Part shown: positions 47,025-57,300 of the stretch, piece by piece
How positions within the stretch are numbered: the stretch's first letter is position 1
How the letters are laid out: the number at the start of each line of letters is the position of its first letter
Origin: Thermoanaerobaculia bacterium
Lineage (GTDB): Bacteria > Acidobacteriota > Thermoanaerobaculia > Multivoradales > Multivoraceae
Assembly (NCBI GenBank): GCA_963666565.1
Contig: OY762911.1
Coordinates: 3,200,001-3,264,000, forward strand
Direction: 5' to 3'
DNA length: 64,000 nucleotides
The notes under the pieces: generated by a model
Told to the model about the DNA's origin: nothing
The model's input: only the letters and a program-made list of their open reading frames with translations
The model's database searches: none
Made by a program: the position numbers and the translations under genes

Positions 47025-47654
47025 GTGAAGGAACGCCCCGCGGTTCCTGCTCTCCTCGCGATCGGCGACCGGCGGCTTTTCCGCGACGACGGCGGACTCG
47101 CGGACTGGGCGCGGTCCCTCCCGTCCGGGATCGCGGTTCAGCTTCGGGAGAAGGACCTGGAGCGGGCCGACCTGGTCGATCTCGGCCGCGCTCTCCGCGC
47201 CGCGTTCGACGGCGTCCTGATCGTCAACGGCGATCTCGAGGTCGCCCTGGCCTGCGACGCCGACGGCGTCCACCTGCCCTCCGGCCAGCGGTGGCGGGAG
47301 GCCGGGCCGCGCGCCCGCGAGCGCGGCCTGCTGCTGGGAGTCTCCACGCACAGCCTGGAGGAACTCGAGGCCGCCGGGGAGATCGGCGCCGACTACGCCC
47401 TCTTCGGCCCCGTCTTCGACACGCCGGAGAAGCGGCGCTTCGGGCCGGCCCAGGGCCTGGAGCGGCTTCGTCGGGCCGCGGCCGCCGGCCTGCCGGTGCT
47501 TGCCGTGGGCGGCGTCGATGCGGGCGCCGCGGCTTCGCTCGCGCGCGCCGGGGCGCACGGCGTGGCGGCGATCAGGGCCTTCGCCGAACCCCGCGCGACG
47601 GCGGAGCTCCGGGACGCCTGGCTCGAAGCGGCTGGTACGATCCCGGCGCCGTGA
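47025..47654 (+). CDS. thiE: Thiamine phosphate synthase (ThiE/TenI family)
   Basis: VQLREKD, ADGVHL, GVSTHS, FGPVFDTPEK and AVGGV motifs. Confidence 0.8.
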   Translation: MKERPAVPALLAIGDRRLFRDDGGLADWARSLPSGIAVQLREKDLERADLVDLGRALRAAFDGVLIVNGDLEVALACDADGVHLPSGQRWREAGPRARERGLLLGVSTHSLEELEAAGEIGADYALFGPVFDTPEKRRFGPAQGLERLRRAAAAGLPVLAVGGVDAGAAASLARAGAHGVAAIRAFAEPRATAELRDAWLEAAGTIPAP

Positions 47655-47793
47655 GACAGAGCGACGGACACGCCCATCGCGACGGCGGCGCCCGGCGCCG
47701 TCTCCCCGACTCCTCGCCACGGAGTACGCCGAACCGGCGCGAGAGAGAACGTGGCGCCGCGGCGAGCGCATCCGCGCCCGCAGCAGGAGATCG

Positions 47794-48330
47794 GTGAACG
47801 TGCGGGCCAGGTTCCTGGTCGTCTCGGCCCTGGTTCTCGCGCTCGACCAGTGGACCAAGCTCTGGATCGAGGCCACCCTCGATCTGCACGAGCGCTTGCC
47901 GGTCGTGCCGGGGTTCTTCGATCTGGTTCACGTTCAGAACACCGGCATCGCCTTCGGCCTGTTTCCGGCCGGGCGCGAACTTGCCGGCACCCTGGTCCTG
48001 ATCGGCCTCGGCCTGGCCGCGCTCGCCATCGTCGCCTTCTACTTCCGGATGACCTCCGACGACGAACCGCTGCTGCTCCTCTCGCTGTCCCTGGTCCTGG
48101 GCGGCGCGGTCGGCAACCTGGTGGACCGCATCCTGCTGCGGGCGGTGACGGACTTCCTGGACGTCTACGTCGGCACGCACCACTGGCCGGCCTTCAACGT
48201 GGCCGACAGCGGGGTCACGGTCGGCATCGTCCTGATGCTCGCCCACAGCTTCCTGCCGTCGCTGCGAAACCGCGCCAGCGAAGCCGGAGCGCGCCGGAGC
48301 GGGCTGGTCCGCGCCGGTACGCCGGAGTGA
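47794..48330 (+). CDS. lspA: Lipoprotein signal peptidase II
   Basis: DQWTK, NTGIAFG, GGAVGNLVDR, VTDF and FNVADS motifs; AGGAG RBS before GTG. Confidence 0.95.
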   Translation: MNVRARFLVVSALVLALDQWTKLWIEATLDLHERLPVVPGFFDLVHVQNTGIAFGLFPAGRELAGTLVLIGLGLAALAIVAFYFRMTSDDEPLLLLSLSLVLGGAVGNLVDRILLRAVTDFLDVYVGTHHWPAFNVADSGVTVGIVLMLAHSFLPSLRNRASEAGARRSGLVRAGTPE

Positions 48331-48355
48331 CGCCGGCGCCCCGGCCGGGCGCTCG

Positions 48356-49399
48356 ATGACTCGCGGGCCGAGCGGTTCGCGGGCGGGCGAGCGCGGCGCC
48401 CCGCCGAAGGCGCCGGTCCCGGCGGCGGACCAGCGCGTCACGCGGCTGCGGGCGCCGGCCTCGGCGGCCGGCGAGCGAGTCGACGTCCATCTGGCGCGGG
48501 TGCTGGACCAGCCCCGCAACCGGGTTCGGGGACTCCTACGCCGCGGCCTGGTGACGGCCGGCGGCGCCGCGCTGAAGCCCTCGTACCTGCTGCGGGGCGG
48601 CGAGGAGATCGTCTGCCGGCAGCCGCCGCCTCCGCCCGACGGGCCCCTTGCCGAGGCCGGTCCGCTTCCGGTGATCCACGAGGACGAGGAACTGCTGGTC
48701 GTGGACAAGCCGGCGGGCCTGATCGTCCATCCCGGCAGCGGCGTCTCCGGCGGCACTCTGGTCAACCGGCTGCTCCACCACCGGCCCGGCGTCGCCGGAG
48801 TGGGGTCGGCGGAGCGGCCCGGCATCGTCCATCGTCTGGACGCCGGCACCAGCGGCGTCCTGGCCGTGGCGTGCAGCGACGCGGCGTACCGGCGCCTGAG
48901 CCGCGCCTTCGCCGAGCGGCGCGTCGGCAAGACCTACCTGGCCGTGGTCCACGGCCGGCCCGAACCGGCCGAGGGGGAGGTCGACCTGCCGATCGGCCGC
49001 GACCGTGCGGTGCGCACCCGGATGGCCGTGGTGGACCTCTCCAGAGGCGGCCGCCCGGCGGTCAGCCGCTACCGCGTGGTGGCGGCGACGCCCGGCGTTT
49101 CCCTGCTGGAACTGAGGATCCTGACCGGCAGAACGCACCAGATCCGGGTCCACTGCAAGGCGATCGGGCATCCCCTGGTCGGCGACCCGGTCTACGGCGA
49201 GTCCCGCTGGCGGAACCTCGAACCGTCCCTGCGCCGCCCGGTCCGCGAGTTCCCGCGGCCGGCCCTCCACGCGCTCCGGCTCACTCTGCCCGGCGACGAC
49301 GGGGACTCTCCCCGTACCTTCACCGCCCCCGTGCCCGAGGACCTGAGGGCCCTGTGCGCGGCGTGCCGGCTGGACCGAGGCCTCCCAGACGCCGGTTAG
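48356..49399 (+). CDS. rluD: RluA/RluD family pseudouridine synthase
   Basis: S4 domain, VDKPAGLIVHP, GIVHRLDAGTSG and TGRTHQIRVH motifs. Confidence 0.88.
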   Translation: MTRGPSGSRAGERGAPPKAPVPAADQRVTRLRAPASAAGERVDVHLARVLDQPRNRVRGLLRRGLVTAGGAALKPSYLLRGGEEIVCRQPPPPPDGPLAEAGPLPVIHEDEELLVVDKPAGLIVHPGSGVSGGTLVNRLLHHRPGVAGVGSAERPGIVHRLDAGTSGVLAVACSDAAYRRLSRAFAERRVGKTYLAVVHGRPEPAEGEVDLPIGRDRAVRTRMAVVDLSRGGRPAVSRYRVVAATPGVSLLELRILTGRTHQIRVHCKAIGHPLVGDPVYGESRWRNLEPSLRRPVREFPRPALHALRLTLPGDDGDSPRTFTAPVPEDLRALCAACRLDRGLPDAG

Positions 49400-49842
49400 T
49401 CGCTCGCGGCCGCCCGGGACGGCGTCGCACCGATCGCCAGGGTGCCGCTCATCTCGATCCTGCCGTTGCAGATGCCGCCCTCGGCTATGGATACGAGAGG
49501 CGCGGTCAGGTCGCCTTCGACCGAGCCGGAGGACAGCACCTCGATCTTCTCCGAGGCGCGGACGTCGCCCTTGACGTGACCCGAAATCTGGACGGAATGA
49601 GCCATCACGTCCGCCTCGATCCGGCCGCGCCGTCCGAGCACGAAACGTCCCTCGAGCTCCACGGTTCCGGCCAGCGAGCCGTCGACCAGCACCTCGGCGT
49701 CGCCCGTGATGCTCCCTTCGATGCGCGAACCCGGCGCCACGTAGGTGCGCGCCGGCGCGGCCGAAGCCGACCTGACGTCTCCGGGAGGCGTCAGCGCGGC
49801 TTCCGCCGCCGACTCTTCGAGGTCCTTCCTGAAGAACGCCAT
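49396..49842 (-). CDS. Bactofilin (polymer-forming cytoskeletal protein)
   Basis: TYVAPGSRIEGSI, ISGHVKGDV, VEGDLTAP and IAEGGICNG motifs. Confidence 0.9.
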   Translation of the reverse strand: MAFFRKDLEESAAEAALTPPGDVRSASAAPARTYVAPGSRIEGSITGDAEVLVDGSLAGTVELEGRFVLGRRGRIEADVMAHSVQISGHVKGDVRASEKIEVLSSGSVEGDLTAPLVSIAEGGICNGRIEMSGTLAIGATPSRAAASD

Positions 49843-49905
49843 TTGCTCTCCGTAGCCTTGCTGTAGCTGGTTTCGTTTCGACGGCGCCACGCTGGTCGAG
49901 GCGGC

Positions 49906-49981
49906 TGGAGCGGGCAACGGGACTCGAACCCGCGACATCCAGCTTGGGAAGCTGGCACTCTGCCAACTGAGTTATGCCCGC
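49906..49981 (-). tRNA. tRNA-Gly(CCC)
   Basis: GCGGGCATAACTCAGTTGGCAGAGT...CCAGC-TT-CCC-AA-GCTGG...GGTTCGAGTCC...TCCA. Confidence 0.95.
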
Positions 49982-49999
49982 AAACGCTCGGACCGCGTC

Positions 50000-50028
50000 A
50001 AGGTAACCCAGCCCCCGCGGACGGTCAA
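50000..50028 (-). promoter_or_regulatory. Sigma-70 promoter for tRNA-Gly(CCC), possibly also bactofilin
   Basis: TTGACC-N17-TACCTT. Confidence 0.55.
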
Positions 50029-50189
50029 GCGTTCCGGCCCGGAGGCCCGCCGGGACGCGGAGTGAACCTGGTCTGGAGCGGCCTGCGAGCGGGAACGCCG
50101 GCCCGGCCGGCGCCGAACGCCGTGCAGCCGGCGGCGCCGGCAAAGGCGCTATGATGCACTCGCTTCCGCTCCCCCTCCTCCCCGTCTTG

Positions 50190-50450
50190 ATGGAACGCCG
50201 CGCTCAGCCCCTCTACTTCTTCCCGGAGCGGGACGTGACGGCCGAGGAACTGGAGCGGATGCTTCACGGCGGCGACCGCCAGGCCCGCTGCGCCGCGATC
50301 TCCTGCATGCTCCGCTACGCGCAGTGGGAGGACATCTGGGACTACGTCACCCGTGACGACGTGCGGGAACTCTTCGACGACCTGGACCTGCCCGAGAGCC
50401 TGCGCGCCGCCTGGGCCCGGATGCTGAAGATAGAGCCGGTCGCCACCTGA
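50190..50450 (+). CDS. Small helical hypothetical protein
   Basis: Good codon bias; PLYFFPERDVTAEEL...MLRYAQWEDIWDYVT. Start could be 50151. Confidence 0.65.
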   Translation: MERRAQPLYFFPERDVTAEELERMLHGGDRQARCAAISCMLRYAQWEDIWDYVTRDDVRELFDDLDLPESLRAAWARMLKIEPVAT

Positions 50451-50584
50451 CCGCCGCAGACTCCTGGCGCCGCGAAACCTGTCGCAGGCCCCGTGTTTCG
50501 CTCCAGGCAGCGACGTCCAGCCCAGTCGGGTCGCCTGGGCGGCGACCCCTCCCGACCCAGGACGGGCGGGTGCGTCCGACGCCG

Positions 50585-51589
50585 CTAGCGCCGGTCGCCC
50601 ATCACCAGGCCGCCGAGGCCGCCGAGCACGGAACCTTCGCCCTTGCGGGCGCCGCCGGTCTGGGGAGCGGCGGCGTAGACCCGGCTCGCCAGCCGGCTGA
50701 ACGGCAGCGACTGAATCCACACCTTGCCGGGTCCGGTCAGGGCGGCGAAGAACAGCCCCTCGCCGCCGAACAGCGCCGTCTTGATCCCGGGCACCGTCTG
50801 GATGTCGTACTGGACCTGGCGTTCGAAGGCGACCAGGCAGCCGGTGTCGAGCCGGAGCGTCTCGCCGGGACCGAGGTCGCGTTCGACGACCGTGCCGCCG
50901 GCGTGGACGAAGGCCAGTCCGTCGCCTTCGAGTTTCTGCAGAATGAACCCCTCGCCGCCGAACAGTCCGGCGCCCAGCCGGCGCTGAAACGCGATGCCCA
51001 CCGAGACGCCCTTGGCGGCGCACAGGAAGGCGTCCTTCTGGCACAGGATCGTGTTGCCGTGGGACGGAAGGTCGAGCGGGATGATCCGTCCCGGATAGGG
51101 AGAGGCGAACGCCACGTTCCGGCGCATCCCGGCGCCGTTGCCGAAGACCGTCATGAACAGCGACTCGCCCGTCAGCACCCGTTTGCCGGCGGAGAGGAGC
51201 TTGTCCATGAAGCCCCCGCCGCCGCGGTCCGAGCCGTCGCCGAAGATCGTGCTCATCTCGATACCGGGGTCCATGTACATGAAGGCGCCCGCTTCCGCGA
51301 TGCAGGCCTCGCCCGGGTCGAGCGTGATCTCGACGAACTGCATCTCCTCGCCGACGATCACGTAGTCGATCTCGTCGGCGATGCCGCCCGGCGGCTTGGG
51401 CACCGTCGCGCCGAACGCCGCCGCGAACCGCGGCTCGCTGACCACCGGCGCCCAGTTGCCCATGCCGTCCCGGTACACGTGGGCGCCCCGGGGAACCGCG
51501 CCGGACCGGATCCTCTCCTCGATCTCCTCGGCCGGGAAGGGTCCTTCCTGCCTGCCGTCGGTTGCCAGGTACCAGATCGCGTCGCTCAT
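50585..51589 (-). CDS. TIGR00266/AIM24 family protein with N-terminal GYF_2 domain
   Basis: [14 protein letters not shown]-terminus; [15 protein letters not shown] and [11 protein letters not shown] motifs. Confidence 0.88.
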   Translation of the reverse strand: MSDAIWYLATDGRQEGPFPAEEIEERIRSGAVPRGAHVYRDGMGNWAPVVSEPRFAAAFGATVPKPPGGIADEIDYVIVGEEMQFVEITLDPGEACIAEAGAFMYMDPGIEMSTIFGDGSDRGGGGFMDKLLSAGKRVLTGESLFMTVFGNGAGMRRNVAFASPYPGRIIPLDLPSHGNTILCQKDAFLCAAKGVSVGIAFQRRLGAGLFGGEGFILQKLEGDGLAFVHAGGTVVERDLGPGETLRLDTGCLVAFERQVQYDIQTVPGIKTALFGGEGLFFAALTGPGKVWIQSLPFSRLASRVYAAAPQTGGARKGEGSVLGGLGGLVMGDRR

Positions 51590-51676
51590 CTTCTCAACTA
51601 CTCCTGTTGGGCGCGCCGGGTTTCAGTGGGGCCGCGACGAAACCGCTTCGTCGCCGCGCGGTGACGGCAGCCGGGG

Positions 51677-52507
51677 TCAGGGATCGTAGCCCAGGATCCG
51701 GACCTCGAAGACCCAGGGCCAGTACTTCCCGGTCAGCAGGAAGGTCCCCGTGTCGGGACGCCAGGCGATCCCGTTCAGGACGTCCGCCTCGGCCGCCTCC
51801 TCCGCCGTCAGCAGGCCCGAAGCGTCGACGATCGCCGCCACGGCGCCGGAGTCCAGGTCGATGGCGGCGATCTCGTCGCTGCCGAACAGGTTGGCGAACA
51901 GCAGGCCGTCGACGAGCTCCAGTTCGTTCAGGTCGTCCAACGGCATGCCGCCTCTCGTGACCCGCAGGCGCCGCCGCACCTCCAGAGTCTCGGGATCGCG
52001 GAAGGCGAGGACCGGCGTACCGTCGCTCATGACGAGTTCGTCGCCGTTCCAGGCGAGGCCCCAGCCTTCGCCGCCGTAGCGCAGGCTGCCGCGCTCGGCG
52101 AACGGCGCCAGCGACCAGACCAGGGCGACGCCGCGCCGCCAGGTCAACTGGATCAGCCGTTCCTCCGCGTCCTCCGGGCCGGTGACGACGGCGATGCCCT
52201 CGCCGAACAGCTCCGGGTCGAGCTCCGCGCGGTCCAGTTCGGCGCCGTCGCTCCACCGCCATGCGCGCAGGCTGGAGGCGCCGTAGGAACCGGTGCTCTC
52301 GTAGACGACGCCGTCTCGCCAGAGGAGCCCCTGGGTGTAGGCCTCCGTGTCGTGCGGGCGGCGATCGACGACTTCCAGTTGCCAGCGCTCGGGTTGCGGC
52401 GGCGGCGCCTGCGCTCTGCCGCCCGGCGCCGACTCGATCCAGCCGACCGGCCCGCAGGCCGGGACGGCGAGCAGCGGGAGAAGGAGCCCCAGCCAGAATC
52501 CGCGCAT
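51677..52507 (-). CDS. Glutaminyl-peptide cyclotransferase (plant/bacterial type), lipoprotein
   Basis: PHDTEAYTQGL, ESTG, FGEG, QLTW, GEGWGL, LNELE, VLNGIA and TGKYW motifs. Confidence 0.92.
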   Translation of the reverse strand: MRGFWLGLLLPLLAVPACGPVGWIESAPGGRAQAPPPQPERWQLEVVDRRPHDTEAYTQGLLWRDGVVYESTGSYGASSLRAWRWSDGAELDRAELDPELFGEGIAVVTGPEDAEERLIQLTWRRGVALVWSLAPFAERGSLRYGGEGWGLAWNGDELVMSDGTPVLAFRDPETLEVRRRLRVTRGGMPLDDLNELELVDGLLFANLFGSDEIAAIDLDSGAVAAIVDASGLLTAEEAAEADVLNGIAWRPDTGTFLLTGKYWPWVFEVRILGYDP

Positions 52508-52717
52508 CGTGAAGACGCTACCAGCCGACAAGGTCGCCGCTCCGCGGCGCGTCTTGTTCAGAAGCCGACGAGGACGTGGGCGCACCCAGTGTGCGACACC
52601 GTCGCCGACCGTCAGGCCGGCATCGATCCGCGGCGGTGCCCAAGGGCGGGTCGGAGGACCCGCGCACCCAGCGGAAGGCTTGACCGTTCCGGCGGCGGTT
52701 GGAAGAGTGTCGCGGCC

Positions 52718-54319
52718 ATGAGGTCCTCCATCCTCGGAAGAGCCGGCCTGCTTGCCGCGGGCGCCCTGCTGGCCGCGGCCTGGTTCGCGTTCGCCCAACC
52801 GGCGGCGGACGAGCCGCTCTTGAGCCCGCGGGAGACGATGCGCGCCTTCCTCGAGGCCTTCGCGACGGAGGACGGCCGTCCGGATCTCGACGCCGCGGCC
52901 CGTTGCCTGGACCTGGGCGACCTTCCCTTCCCGGTGCGGGCGCGGCAGGGCCGGCGCCTCGCCGGCGAACTGAAGAACGTCATCGACCGGCTGGAGTTCG
53001 TGGAGTTCGACGCCATCCCGGCCGAGGGCGATCTGGACCGCTGGACCTTCAGCGACGAACTGTCCGCGCCGATCGCGCTGGCGCCGGACGGGAACGGGAA
53101 CTGGCTGTTCACGCGGGCGACGGTGGCGGCGATACCGGCGCTGTACGACGAGCTGCGGGACCGGTCGATCGTCGAGGGGGTCGAGGAAGCGCCGGTGGCG
53201 GCGGCGACCTGGCTACGGGACCGCGTTCCCGCCCCGCTGCGGACCGGGGGCTTCATTCTCCACCCGTGGCAGTGGCTGGCGTTGCCGGCCCTCGTTCTGC
53301 TAGGCCTTGCGATCGACCGGATCGTCGCCTGGATCGCCAGCGGCCTGTTCGCCGGGCCGCTGAACCGGCGCTACCGCTCTCTCGATCTCCCGGGCGCCCG
53401 CCGCATCCTGCGCCCGACCGGGCTCGTGGCGATGGCGGGGATCTGGTGGCTGGGGCTCCAGTGGCTGGGCCTGCCGCCCCGGATTCACGCCTGGCTGGAC
53501 GCGGTCGTGCTGGTGCTCTTCCTGTTGGCGCTCGGCCGCGTCGCGTTCGCCCAGATCGACCTGCTGGGAACCGCACTTCGGGCGCGGGCCGCGCGGGCCG
53601 AGAACCGGTTCCAGGACCAGTTGGTCCCGTTCGTCACGAAGACGCTCAAGGCGGCGGTCGCCGTCTTCGGCATCGTTTTCCTGCTGGCCCAGCAGGGCCG
53701 CGACGTGACGGCGCTGCTCGCCGGTCTCGGCCTGAGCGGCCTGGCGGTCGCGCTGGCGGCCCAGGACCTGCTGAAGAACCTGTTCGGCTCGGTCACCGTG
53801 CTGCTCGACCGCCCGTTCCGCGCCGGCGACTGGATCAAGGTCGGCGACGTCGAGGGCGTGGTCGAGGAGATCGGCTTCCGCAGCACCCGCGTGCGGACGT
53901 TCTACGCCTCGCTGATCACCCTCCCCAACGCGAGGCTGATCGACGCCTCGGTCGACAACTACGGCGCCCGGGCCTTCCGCCGCTGGAGCACCCGCATCGG
54001 CATCACCTACGACACCGCGCCGGAGACCATCGACGCCTTCTGCGAGGGCATCCGGCAGATCGTGCGGGACAACGAGTCGATGCGGCAGGACGCCTTCGAG
54101 ATCCACCTGAACGAGTTCGGCGCGGACGGCCTGGAGATCATGCTCTACGTCTTCTTCCTGGCGCCTGACTGGAGCACGGAACTGCGGCTGCGCCACGAGA
54201 TGGCGCTGGACATCCTGCGGCTCGCCAACCGCCTCGGCGTCCGCATCGCCTTCCCCACGCGGACGATTCACCTGGAGGCGCCGGAGGCCGGCGATCCGGC
54301 CGCCGGCGCGGCAGGCTGA
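52718..54319 (+). CDS. MscS family mechanosensitive channel with N-terminal periplasmic extension
   Basis: ALAAQDLLKNLFGS, DRPFRAGDWI, GFRSTRVRT and IAFPTRTI motifs. Confidence 0.92.
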   Translation: MRSSILGRAGLLAAGALLAAAWFAFAQPAADEPLLSPRETMRAFLEAFATEDGRPDLDAAARCLDLGDLPFPVRARQGRRLAGELKNVIDRLEFVEFDAIPAEGDLDRWTFSDELSAPIALAPDGNGNWLFTRATVAAIPALYDELRDRSIVEGVEEAPVAAATWLRDRVPAPLRTGGFILHPWQWLALPALVLLGLAIDRIVAWIASGLFAGPLNRRYRSLDLPGARRILRPTGLVAMAGIWWLGLQWLGLPPRIHAWLDAVVLVLFLLALGRVAFAQIDLLGTALRARAARAENRFQDQLVPFVTKTLKAAVAVFGIVFLLAQQGRDVTALLAGLGLSGLAVALAAQDLLKNLFGSVTVLLDRPFRAGDWIKVGDVEGVVEEIGFRSTRVRTFYASLITLPNARLIDASVDNYGARAFRRWSTRIGITYDTAPETIDAFCEGIRQIVRDNESMRQDAFEIHLNEFGADGLEIMLYVFFLAPDWSTELRLRHEMALDILRLANRLGVRIAFPTRTIHLEAPEAGDPAAGAAG

Positions 54320-57300
54320 CCGGCCGGCAGGACGATGCGAACCGCGAGCCCTCCGGCCGGCCGTAGCGAGGCGGCGATCGAGCCGCCGTGCTGCCGGACG
54401 ATCCGCCGGGCGATCGGCAGGCCCAGGCCGGTGCCCCCGCTCGAGGTCGAGAAGTAGGGCTCGAAGATCCGCTCCAGGTCGCTCTCCGGGACGCCCGGCC
54501 CCCGGTCGGCGACCGTCACGGCCAGCCCGCCGTCCTTGCCGCCGGGCTCGATGCGGACCCGCACCTCGCCGTCCTCGGCGCTCGCCCGCACGGCGTTCTC
54601 GATCAGGTTGCGGAGCGCCCTCTGCACCATCCGCCGGTCGAACGCGAGCACGGCCTTCTCCCCGTCGAGCCCGCACTCGAAGCGGACCGCCACCGTCCCG
54701 TGGGCGGCGCTGGCGTAGCCCTCGACGACTTCCCGAACCGCTTCGCCGAGGTTGCCGGCCGCCGGCCGGGCGAGCGGGATCCGGCTGTAGGTCGAGAACT
54801 CGCCGGCGGTGCGGGCCAGTTCCTCCACCTGCGCCAGGATGTTGTCCGTGCAGCGCTCGAACACCTCCTCCAGGCGGTCCGGCGCATCCCGCCAGACCTG
54901 CCGCAGGTGCTCGGTCGAGAGCCGGATGGGGGTCAGCGGGTTCTTCACTTCGTGGGCGATCAGGCGCGCCATCTCGGCCCAGGCCTCGAGCCGCTGGGCC
55001 CGCACCAGGTCGGCTCGCGCCGACGCGATGCGCGACGCCATGCCGTCGATCGCCTGGCCGAGGGTCTTCAGTTCCGTCTCCTCCGGTTCGAAGCCGAGCG
55101 AATCGGCACCGCCCGCGATGCGGTCCGTGCCGTCGATCATCCGCACCAGGGGACGGGTGAACCCCCGCGCGAGCCGGGCGCCGACCGTGACCAGCAGCAG
55201 CACGAGCGCGGTCGTGACGACCAGAGCCTGCCGCCTCAGGGCGGCCAGTTCCCGCGTGGCCGCCTCCTGCTGCGCCAGCAGCGGCACGGACACGAACAGG
55301 CCCGATTCTCCCGGCCGCACCTCCCCGAGAGACACCGGCGTGTAGAGCTCCAGGTAGGACGTGCCCTGCTGCGTGGTCTGGACCCGGGCGGCCGTCCGGT
55401 GGCCGAGCAGCGCCAGCCTGCTGTACACGTTGCCCGGAATCCGCTTCGGCATCAGGCCGGCCGTGAAGAGGTCCGGCTTGCTCGAGGCGTAGACGCCGCC
55501 GCGCCAGTACAGGTTCACTTCGTGGCCCACGACCTCCGCCAGCCAGGCCAGCAGTTCGTCGTCCAGTTGGGCGTCCATCGAGAAACCGGCCTCGAGGCCG
55601 AGGAGAAAGTCCGTCAGGACGTACTCGAGCGACACGAGAGCGGTCCGGCCGGCGGCCTCCTGCTCCGCCTGAACCCGGTTGGAGAGGTTCCGGAAGAGAA
55701 GTCCGTTGAGCAGCGTCAGGGGCACGATGGCGATCAGGGCCAGCACCGCGGTGAGCCGGACCGAGTAGCGGCGGACGTCGGGCAGGAGGCGGCGGCGCAG
55801 CTTCGCCGTGGGCAGGCTGATCAGCAGGACGGCGAAGGCCGCGGCAAGCCCGGCCAGCATCAGCCGCGCGGCGACCGCCGCCACTCGCCAGAGGCGATCC
55901 GCGATCGGCTCTTCCGGCAGGAGCGCGGCAATCCAGAGGCCCGGCTGGCCGGTGGGCGCGAACCAGGCCAGGGCCGGCCCCGCCGGCGTCGCGACCCGCA
56001 TGACCCGGCTCGGATCCACCGCCTCCGACGGCGCCGGCAACGTCCAGTCCTCCTGCCACGGCGAGACGAGGGGGCGGCCCGCGCCGTCGACGTAGGCGAG
56101 CTTCGCACCGGCCGGCGGCTCGGCGCCGCTGCGGCTCCGATCCGGGCCGCCGCGAAGGAGACGTACCTCGAGTTCCGCCGCGGAGCGCGACGTGGCGTCG
56201 CTCCAGACGCCGGTTCTCGGCGCCGCGGCCGTCCAGAAGCGCACCGTGCCCCAGTCGCGGCCGGCGGCGCTCATCGGGAGCTCGCCCGACGCGCTTCGCT
56301 GGCGCCTCCAGCCCGGAAGATCGCCCGACGGCGAGCGCGCGCTGCCCGCGTCGAGGCCGCCGGTGACCGGGTCGACCGGCAGGCCGTAGGAGAAGGTCGA
56401 GATGGCGCCGTCGCCGATCACGGCGAGGGCGGAGAGCGTCTCGGATGCGGCCAGGGGCGACCGGCGCCAGAGCTCCAGGGCCAGGTCCTGGCGATCGTCG
56501 AGTTCCCGCGGATCGCCGAGCGCCAGTTCCCTCAGGTCGGTCGCCGCCAGGAAGGAACTCGTGCTCCGGGCCAGCGCCGCGACGTCCTCCGGCGCCGGGG
56601 CGTCGAGACCGTCCCGGGCGTACTCGGAGAGCGCCGCGCGCAGGGCCGGCCGGTTCGTCGCCTCGACCAGCAGGCCGACACCGGCGGCCGCCGCGGCGGC
56701 GGTCAGGAGCACGTGCATCCAGTCCCGGCCCTGCCGCCAGCCGGAGGCCCAGAACGCGGCGCCCGCCAGCAGGGTCCAGCACCCCAGCAGCGCTGCCCAG
56801 TCGCCGAGCGGCCCGCCGAAGGAGGCGCCCGGGTCCGGCGGCGCGCCGGTCGCTTCGATCGTCCAGATCCTCCACCGGAAGAGCCCGTAGCCGGCCGCCG
56901 CCGCCACCGCGGCGAGACCGGGAACGGCCACCGCCGGGCGAGGCCGAGCGGGCGAACGGGCGCTCCACCGGCGGAAGAGCCAGACCAGCGACAGGCCGGC
57001 GCCGAGAACGGCCGCGGCCAGGGCGAGCGCGGCGCCGATTCCGGGCAGCCGTCCGGCCGCCGGCTCGAGTCGCAGCCGCAGCCACGGGCCGGGAACGCCG
57101 TCCGGCGGCGCCAGTTCGCGGATGCCGAGGGCCTCGAGAGCCGGCGTCAGCGGCTCCGCGGCGTGGTCGCGAACCGACCACCTGACGCCGTGGCGCCGAA
57201 GTCCCGCGGGCGCCGGGAACGGCAGCGAATCGGTCGGATGGCTGTCACCGACGATCAGCCGCCAGCCGCCCTCCCCCGCGGTCATGTCGACCGCCGCGTA

